7,476 nt of DNA from Paramicrosporidium saccamoebae KSL3. Lineage: Eukaryota; Fungi; Cryptomycota. Made by a program: the position numbers and the translations under genes. The notes below the pieces were generated by a model. The model had not been told where the DNA came from. It was given only the letters and a program-made list of their open reading frames with translations, and did not search any database. The stretch covers positions 19,118 to 26,593 of the forward strand of contig MTSL01000074.1 in the NCBI GenBank assembly GCA_002794465.1, given 5' to 3'. Positions 1 to 5,462 of this stretch are shown piece by piece. Numbering within the stretch: the stretch's first letter is position 1; every line of letters begins with the position of its first letter.

Positions 1-119
1 GAATACCCAGCAAAACGATCCACTCTAGCACGCAAATACCCAACTAATCAGCCCTCTGCCTCTACGCCACACATTCTTGCAAGAGGATATCTATGCCGCA
101 CTGCATGTCTATAAAATTT

Positions 120-124
120 AAAAA
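120..124 (-). terminator. RNA polymerase III T5 terminator for the Arg-Arg pair
   Basis: AAAAA on + (TTTTT on -) begins 8 nt past the 3' end of tRNA-Arg(CCG). The 7-nt spacer between the two Arg genes has no T-run. Confidence 0.75.
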
Positions 125-132
125 GTGTATCT

Positions 133-205
133 TACCCCCTGCGGGACTCGAACCCGCAATCTCCACCTCCGGAGGGTGGCGCCGTATCCATTTGGCCAAG
201 GGAGC
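133..205 (-). tRNA. tRNA-Arg(CCG), intronless; downstream member of a tandem pair
   Basis: The reverse complement folds as a cloverleaf: acceptor GCTCCCT/AGGGGGT, D arm GCCA-AATGGATA-CGGC (A13/C22 mismatch), anticodon arm CCACC-CT[CCG]GA-GGTGG, T arm GCGGG-TTCGAGT-CCCGC, discriminator A at 133. No CCA is encoded. Confidence 0.97.
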
Positions 206-212
206 ATCGTAC

Positions 213-285
213 CACCCCGGGCGAGACTCGAACTCGCAATCGCTAGCTTAGGAGGCTAGCGCCTTATCCATTAGGCCACCGGGGC
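213..285 (-). tRNA. tRNA-Arg(CCT), intronless; upstream member of a tandem pair
   Basis: Reverse complement: acceptor GCCCCGG/CCGGGGT, D arm GCCT-AATGGATA-AGGC, anticodon arm CTAGC-CT[CCT]AA-GCTAG, T arm GCGAG-TTCGAGT-CTCGC, discriminator G at 213. Confidence 0.97.
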
Positions 286-299
286 TTGCAGTTATAGGA

Positions 300-313
300 G
301 GCCCAAAAATATC
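300..313 (-). promoter_or_regulatory. Candidate upstream element GATATTTT-TGGGCC for the Arg-Arg unit
   Basis: TGGGCC sits at -20..-15 relative to +1 of tRNA-Arg(CCT) (position 285). This is the same position as in the Ser-Cys unit. Confidence 0.4.
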
Positions 314-535
314 TTGTTAATACAAATATGATTTAGTCTCGATAAGCTTTGCCAAGAGGCCATTGCCCCAAGCTACCAGTGTCTTATAATACAATTGCAA
401 GATGGCAAAGCAAATAACGAAAGCTGGCACTATTTCGTAACTTCATGAAGCAAGGTCAATCCAAGGATGTACCATTTCGTCGTGTCTACATGGAACGCAA
501 AAAGTCACCCTAGCCTGACTTGCTGGTTTGAATGA

Positions 536-549
536 GTATTTTATGGGCC
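536..549 (+). promoter_or_regulatory. Candidate upstream element GTATTTTA-TGGGCC for the Ser-Cys unit
   Basis: TGGGCC at 544-549 is -20..-15 relative to +1 of tRNA-Ser (564) and is preceded by TATTTT, as in the Arg-Arg unit. Confidence 0.4.
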
Positions 550-563
550 CCATTCCCCTGGAG

Positions 564-645
564 GACACTGTGGTGGAGTGGTTAACACGACAGCCTGCTA
601 AGCTGTTGCCCTTTGGGCGCGTGAGTTCGAATCTCACCGGTGTCG
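564..645 (+). tRNA. tRNA-Ser(GCT), intronless, long variable arm
   Basis: Acceptor GACACTG/CGGTGTC, D stem GTG/CAC, anticodon arm ACAGC-CT[GCT]AA-GCTGT, variable arm GCCC-TTT-GGGC, T arm GTGAG-TTCGAAT-CTCAC, and G73 discriminator (Ser identity element). Confidence 0.97.
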
Positions 646-647
646 AC

Positions 648-719
648 GGGCTGATAGCTCAGCGGTAGAGCATTTGACTGCAGATCAAGAGGTCACCGGT
701 TCAAATCCGGTTCGGCCCT
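648..719 (+). tRNA. tRNA-Cys(GCA), intronless
   Basis: Acceptor GGGCTGA/TCGGCCC, D arm GCTC-AGCGGTA-GAGC, anticodon arm TTTGA-CT[GCA]GA-TCAAG, T arm ACCGG-TTCAAAT-CCGGT, and U73 discriminator (Cys identity element). Confidence 0.97.
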
Positions 720-722
720 GTC

Positions 723-726
723 TTTT
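723..726 (+). terminator. Pol III T4 terminator after tRNA-Cys, with a back-up T5 at 757-761
   Basis: TTTT starts 3 nt after the Cys discriminator and TTTTT lies at 757-761. There is no T-run between the Ser and Cys genes. Confidence 0.65.
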
Positions 727-993
727 GCAAGGTCAAGGTGGTTGTGCGGTGGAATGTTTTTAGTTGGTATTTGTGCACACATGGAGGGGGAGTCCGAGGA
801 ATCGAAATGTTGATCACTCAATGTTTGAGCGCATTGAAACCATGCCTGTGAGTGTCTATGAGAGAAGGCATCAATTAATAATAAAGTTCCTTGCCGTTCG
901 TTTAGATTGACATTATGGGCATATTCCCATCGTGCAATGGTTGTATTGTCGTCTTGCGCTTAAACAGAGCAAATATACAGCATTTATAAGTTA

Positions 994-1655
994 CTAAGCT
1001 TGGTTTGGTGACGGAGAGCGTGGGGATGGGGTTTGACGGGGAGATCCACTTTTAGGAGAAACTCCCGATACCTTTTCGTTAATCTTTGTTGCCGCTGTAG
1101 AGAGACCCTCCTTTGTTGTCACCACTGCCGACGCCACCGCCTCCTTGACATGGTACTTTTCATCAAAGTCTTGGGCAAGCTTTTTCGAGCTTTCCCAGGC
1201 AGAGGACGCACCCGCAGTCACCGTATTGCTCACTTGATATTGCTCATCGACGCTCTTTACTTTATTTGCGACAGCCGTTGCCCACGCGGTGAACATGGAC
1301 GAGTAGGAGGCGTTGGTGGGTGCGTCGCTTTGTGGAGAATTAGAAGGTTGTGGAGTCTCGGTGACTGGCAGTGGCTCGACCTTAATGTTGTTTCCGTCAA
1401 TAAGTGCGTTGTTTAAGAGACAAGCAGTGCTCGCGGCAGCGGGAGTGTCAAATTTCACGACGGCTTCTTTCGATCCCGCTGCCGTGGTGTAGAGATGAAG
1501 CATACTAATGTCCCCGCAAAACGCAAAAAAGTCTCGCAGAGCCTCCTCGGTTGTCTGAGAGGCAATATTTGTAACCATAACACGGGCATTTCCGGTGGGA
1601 GACTACAGAGTAAGCCAATACGTACACGTACCGAGGGCGCGGGAGAGCTGCTCAT
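994..1655 (-). CDS. Vip1/BPA1-like RRM protein, about 210 aa; model complement(join(994..1602,1632..1655))
   Basis: The RRM segment RVMVTNIA...LRDFFAFCGDI...AVVKFDTPAAASTACLLNNALIDGNNIKVE and the KVKSVDEQYQVS motif match my recollection of the fungal Vip1/plant BPA1 RRM family. An in-frame TAG at 1603-1605 blocks upstream extension. Removing intron 1603..1631 joins MSSSPAPS to SPTGNARVMVTN in frame. The stop is a tandem TAG TAA. Confidence 0.85.
1603..1631 (-). other. Spliceosomal intron, 29 nt (23 nt if the second donor is used)
   Basis: Sequence GTACGTGTACGTATTGGCTTACTCTGTAG, phase 0, with a CTTAC branch-like A at -9. Confidence 0.8.
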
Positions 1656-2006
1656 GCTGTCGCAAACTTACTATTAATAAATTAATCTTTTCTCACCTTT
1701 CAAGCACACCTAGCAGTGGATGTCACTATACATAATCTAGTCAATCAAATACAATCAATTTTGAGATATGGTAAGCCCATGTGTTCGCTTATGATTGAGA
1801 ATTCTGACAGTTATCCCACTGAGAATGGCATCCTATAAAGGCGCCTTAATAAAGGAATACTCTCGCCCCCTAACTCCATCTTTATCTAATCACTACGATA
1901 CGGTTAGAGTTTACTCTGTACTGCCACAGTGCCATTACAGCAATCTAGTCAAACCAATCAAAATTTATTTTACCATATATCATGCATACACAACTTTTTG
2001 TGCATT

Positions 2007-3122
2007 CTAAAAAGAGCGGCTGTCTAGAACGATGGGTGCATATAAGGACCAAATGTATAGTCCGCCCACTCCCCAGCTGGCCAGCACGCGACTCCAGTAT
2101 CCAACGGCACTCTCGACAATTTTCACTTTGCCTGTCGATAAATCAATGCCCTGCCAAAACGTTATGTAAAGGACCGTAAACAGGGCTGCCAAAGCAAAGT
2201 TGACGTGGAACAGCGAATAATTGTAGCGACCAGCTGCCTCATCAGAGGTATCAAAGGTACCCTTGGAGGAGGGACCGAGACGTGCCAAATTGGACCCGAT
2301 CGAGAAGGAGACTTGGGCGATGGCGAGGTATGCAAAGACAACATTCACTACGGTCACTATTATGTCAAAAATGGGGCTTTTAGTGCCAGAGCGACTGGGA
2401 TCGTCAATGTAAGCACTGACAAGAACGAATAAAGAGTAGATTCCAAGGAGTGATGACTGAAAGATGCCTGCACTGGGGGTTGCATCCTGAACCGACGGGA
2501 GCACTGAGCAAACGCTCATTACGACGATTAGTAAAGAGTTTGCAATTACCAATCCTCGTTCCAGGGACCGGTCAAATTTCCAAAAGACTACCGCCACCGT
2601 TATGACCGCAATTGCGAGGAAAGAAATGGTCAGGCCAATCATGAGAAGCTTGAAAATGGTCTTTCCACGCTCGGCACCTTCTAAAATCCCTTCTGCCCAG
2701 CTGAACGACAAATCAACCAACAACACGCCCTGAACCACCATGAACAGAATTCCGGCAATCAAGATGGGCCAGAACATTTTCGCGACTAGCCAGTACGGGA
2801 TGAAGAAGCAGCCGATAGCAATTCCCAACAGCACAAAAGGCTTCAAACTCCAAAAGCCATTTTGCAGCGATGCTCTAGAGTCATCTGCCTCAGTGACTCC
2901 GACGAGAATCAGTGCCTGAATGGCATGATACAGGAACAGCGCGAGACCTAGACGATACGCGGCAAAGAAGCTGTAGCAAGCGTTATCACATACGATATCT
3001 GCCGGCATGGAGGAGATGCGTGCCGCACTGCTCCCCCACATGGGCGTAGTGAACATGATACAGCAGTATATGAAAAAGGTAAAGGCATTGAACGCACGGG
3101 CGCTGTAGTACTTCCCGAACAT
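2007..3122 (-). CDS. Serinc/TMS1 (TDE) family multi-pass membrane protein, about 371 aa from the first ATG
   Basis: Many hydrophobic segments, plus family-type motifs YRLGLALFLYHAIQALILVGV...RASLQNGFWSLK, VQGVLLVDLSFSWAE, GIFQSSLLGIYSLF, YNYSLFHVNFALAALF, and YWSRVLASW...LYIWSLYAPIVLDSRSF. The ORF-track start is a GTG at 3155, whereas the first ATG is at 3122. Confidence 0.92.
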   Translation of the reverse strand: MFGKYYSARAFNAFTFFIYCCIMFTTPMWGSSAARISSMPADIVCDNACYSFFAAYRLGLALFLYHAIQALILVGVTEADDSRASLQNGFWSLKPFVLLGIAIGCFFIPYWLVAKMFWPILIAGILFMVVQGVLLVDLSFSWAEGILEGAERGKTIFKLLMIGLTISFLAIAVITVAVVFWKFDRSLERGLVIANSLLIVVMSVCSVLPSVQDATPSAGIFQSSLLGIYSLFVLVSAYIDDPSRSGTKSPIFDIIVTVVNVVFAYLAIAQVSFSIGSNLARLGPSSKGTFDTSDEAAGRYNYSLFHVNFALAALFTVLYITFWQGIDLSTGKVKIVESAVGYWSRVLASWGVGGLYIWSLYAPIVLDSRSF

Positions 3123-3201
3123 CCTGCTGGAGCCTCCAGTGGCACACGAGGTCACTTATTGGTTCTTGTTTTCGGACGGACCAATGAAAAACGAGCCAAC
3201 A

Positions 3202-3418
3202 ATGCCGAGCGAAAGGAGCAGTTCAGAATGTAAGACGACTCGAGTTGTGTCACAGTGTAGTACTCTATGAAGTGTCCAGGCTGCTGAATTGTCCACTGGA
3301 TAGAGAGACACTGAACATTGCTCTGCAGCTGCTGGACAATGGCGCCAACCCAGAAGCATTGGCTGCCGTGGTGACTGAATTGCAGAATGAAGCGCGCCGT
3401 GTGCAGACTGGAAAATAA
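3202..3418 (+). CDS. MZT1: MOZART1/Mzt1 gamma-tubulin complex microprotein, about 61 aa; join(3202..3229,3261..3418); absent from the ORF track
   Basis: Translation MPSERSSSELLYEVSRLLNCPLDRETLNIALQLLDNGANPEALAAVVTELQNEARRVQTGK carries the Mzt1 signature EISRLLNTGLD.ETL.ICV.L.E.G.NPEALA.VIKEL. The exon-2 frame has no ATG of its own, and the 31-nt phase-1 intron restores the frame. An alternative in-frame ATG lies at 3184. Confidence 0.93.
3230..3260 (+). other. Spliceosomal intron, 31 nt
   Basis: Sequence GTAAGACGACTCGAGTTGTGTCACAGTGTAG. Its removal gives T|TA (Leu) in frame with the Mzt1 domain. Confidence 0.88.
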
Positions 3419-3456
3419 ACTCCCGTATAATGTTAGGATGGATCGCAATTACAAAT

Positions 3457-4249
3457 TTATATTCGCTGCACATAATTTTCCGGCACGAGACCGGAATGGT
3501 TGCCATCGCTTTCAGATTGCCGCCTTGCAGATAGCCACCCATTTCCGAGATTTGCCAAAACCAGCAGTAATTCGTCCTCTTTGATCGACAACTCTCCCTC
3601 CGCACCAGCATTGAAATCAAAGCGTGCCTTGGCCTTCCAAACGAAATGGTTGGCGACGAGACGATCAAGCTGTCCCGGGAGCTGCCTCCCCCAATGTCGG
3701 GGATCGTAGAGCGAGTAGCAAAAGTCACGTATTGCCACCTCTTTGTCTACCAAATTACAAAGAAGTGGAACCTTAGTACTGGGATGGAGGTCCGCCTCCA
3801 GTATAAAGTAAAATGAATCAATGAATGAAACTATTGTCGGCGATTCCTCTTTTACTACTTTGCCACTCCGCAACTTTGCCTTGGTGATTACTCCATCTAA
3901 TAACCCATTGGGTAAATCTTGCATCGCTGGTGCCAACTAATAGTTAAAAACCATCCTATAGAACCTTTGCGAGTTCATATTCACAGTCGTACTTTTCCCC
4001 TGTCACACGTACGCATACCCGCAAGTAGCAAAACTCACGCACCCAATTACTTGGTCCGTAGAAGGGCAGCTTGACAATCACCACATACGACTCGTCGGGA
4101 GAGGATTCAAGTTCACAATCAAAGTACTCCATGACCTCTGCAAGGTCACGGTCGAGGATGGGGAGGCCTGTGGAGCGCAAAGAGGCGCTGCTGGTAAAGG
4201 ATGTGGAGAGGGAAGATATGTGGGAGGATGGACTGGTTAGGTCGCTCAT
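3457..4249 (-). CDS. Protein with a C-terminal SH3 domain and an uncharacterised N-terminal region; intron structure uncertain
   Basis: SH3 motif KAKARFDFNAGAEGELSIKEDELLLVLANLGNGWLSA...GLVPENYVQRI-stop is clear. ORF 3956..4249 joins ORF 3457..3936 in phase 0 through acceptor TTTAACTATTAG (3937), with donor candidates at 3964 (GTTCTA, 28 nt), 4012 (GTACGT) or 4018 (GTATGC). The SH3 exon is confident and the 5' model is not. Confidence 0.7.
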
Positions 4250-4407
4250 TGGTGGCCCTGGAGTTGGTTGTGTACACTATATTGGGCCAAATTTTATGGT
4301 GTAGTTATAGTACTCGTAGCAATCCTAGTAGTCCGAGTGGTATTAGTTATCCCAATCATCATAGCGATCTAGTCTGCTTGCCGCTATTTGCCGAATAACA
4401 AGCGCGC

Positions 4408-5437
4408 ATGGGATGGAACTTGATGAATGACCCGTCATTGAGCAAGGTTGCATTATTCATGCTCTCCAGAAAGGTGCATAACACTCCAAAGTAGGCTCAA
4501 ATTTTCACACATGTAATGGGCTAGCCTTGGCAATTTGCCAGTGCATCTCTGCAACGACCTGTATAATGAGTGCATGATTAGGACAGACCCAAGGCTATGG
4601 CCGCAGCTTGTTCGTCTTTTGCACAGTGTCAGGGTTCGACTGAGCCGTTTAGCCATTACAGATGCAACCATCGATCTGGGTGCATTCTCGCTGGTCGATA
4701 AACAGCTCAAGAGACTGTCATTTGTGAGATGCAAATTTAAAGATGTAGCTTTAAAGAATAGAGCAAGTCTCGGTGTGCTAGTGAACTTGCAAAGTTTGGC
4801 TTTTGACTTTTGTGAGGACGTAACAGACAGGCTAATGTCTGCAATTGCTGCTAGCCTTGGTACCGAATTGCAAAAACTCTATCTGTCTATTTGCGGGCCT
4901 GGGCCATCATTAAGTTGCATTGATTGCGCCAATTTACGTTACTTTTCTGTCCATAATGAGCAAAAGTGTCGACTTGACTTGCAAGGCTCTCGGCATAACT
5001 CGCGGGACTCTCGATCTAACTCACAGGATTTTCGGCCTGATTTGCAGGCTGTCTTGAGGATTGTCGAGCGGAACATGGAATCATTAGAAGGGCTAAGTCT
5101 TTGTGGGATAATCATGGACAATCTGCAGTACACAACATTTTGGAGCCAATTTGGCAATATGAAATTTCCTAATCTAAAATATCTTGACCTTTCGTCAAAC
5201 TGCTTAGAATCCGGAGTGGATATCAAACGATCATGTCCCAATCTGGTTGGACTTGATTTGTGGAGTCCGTATAATGTGCCCCTCCCTGGCCATGCTGAAA
5301 TTCCAATGCGAAGGATCAATAGCCCTACGTGGGACTTTGACAGTAAGTATGGAGACACTCTGGCAATCAAGAAGATTGGAAGATCAGGCAAACTACATTG
5401 TCTCTGGTATCAGTCTAGCCAACCTAGAAATTTATAG
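4408..5437 (+). CDS. Leucine-rich-repeat protein with an N-terminal BC-box/cullin-box-like segment, about 331 aa; join(4408..4490,4525..5437)
   Basis: LRR-type units are present: LSRLAITD, LKRLSFVRC, LQSLAFDFCEDVTDRLMSAI, LQKLYLSIC, LEGLSLCG, LKYLDLSSN, LVGLDLWS. In-frame TAA at 4514 blocks upstream extension. The 34-nt intron gives MGWNLMNDPSLSKVALFMLSRKVHNTPNLGNLPVHLCNDLY. The start could instead be the ATG at 4423. Confidence 0.75.
4491..4524 (+). other. Spliceosomal intron, 34 nt
   Basis: Sequence GTAGGCTCAAATTTTCACACATGTAATGGGCTAG, phase 2. AA|C gives Asn in frame. Confidence 0.75.
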
Positions 5438-5462
5438 ATATTAAAAATAAAACAATTTTTTA

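Noticed and set aside
1-121. Possible 3' end of a + strand gene (frame 2 ...LISPLPLRHTFLQEDIYAALHVYKI-stop at 119-121, or frame 1 open to 114; CTAATCAG at 44-51 resembles an acceptor)
   Set aside because: It is truncated by the window edge, two frames compete, and I recognise no motif.
346-411. Perfect 9-bp inverted repeat GCTTTGCCA/TGGCAAAGC between the tRNA pairs, with a faint likeness to the U4 5' end
   Set aside because: No other snRNA or snoRNA boxes and no Sm site were found. A single 9-bp stem is plausible by chance. An Infernal/Rfam search would settle it.
443-637. 64-aa minus-strand ORF
   Set aside because: It is antisense to tRNA-Ser, has a non-ATG start and shows no protein features.
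823-965. Potential long-range helix GTTTGAGCGCA/TGCGCTTAAAC with inner AACCAT/ATGGTT and an ATGGG/CCCAT hairpin, as a candidate ncRNA
   Set aside because: An 11-bp helix with a G-U pair is expected by chance in a region this size. I found no convincing RNase P/MRP, SRP, snRNA or C/D or H/ACA motif. Covariation data would be needed.
1033-1677. ORFs 1033..1416 (+), 1495..1677 (+) and the remainder of 1455..1655 (-)
   Set aside because: They are antisense or off-frame shadows of the RRM gene. Only the first 8 codons of 1455..1655 are used, as exon 1.
1982-3145. ORFs 1982..2179, 2162..2344, 2205..2432 and 2948..3145
   Set aside because: They overlap the well-supported Serinc CDS in other frames or strands and show no motifs.
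3152-3728. Minus-strand ORFs of 98 and 190 aa, plus 3387..3584 (+) and 3500..3709 (-)
   Set aside because: They overlap MZT1 and the SH3 exon, which have clear family signatures. The shadow translations have none.
4071-4734. ORFs 4071..4304, 4201..4398 and 4453..4734
   Set aside because: They are antisense or intergenic shadows with non-ATG or weak starts and no recognisable features.
4985-5026. Imperfect 21-nt duplication (GSRHNSR/DSRSNSQ) ending in CTAACTCACAG, which resembles a branch point plus acceptor
   Set aside because: No upstream GT or GC donor keeps the frame, so it is best read as a low-complexity loop in the LRR protein.
5343-5444. Perfect donor GTAAGT near the LRR 3' end, with an alternative C-terminal frame (...DQANYIVSGISLANLEIYRY)
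   Set aside because: No TAG acceptor with a branch A at -8/-9 lies at a suitable distance, and the unspliced frame stays open. Unresolved without RNA-seq.
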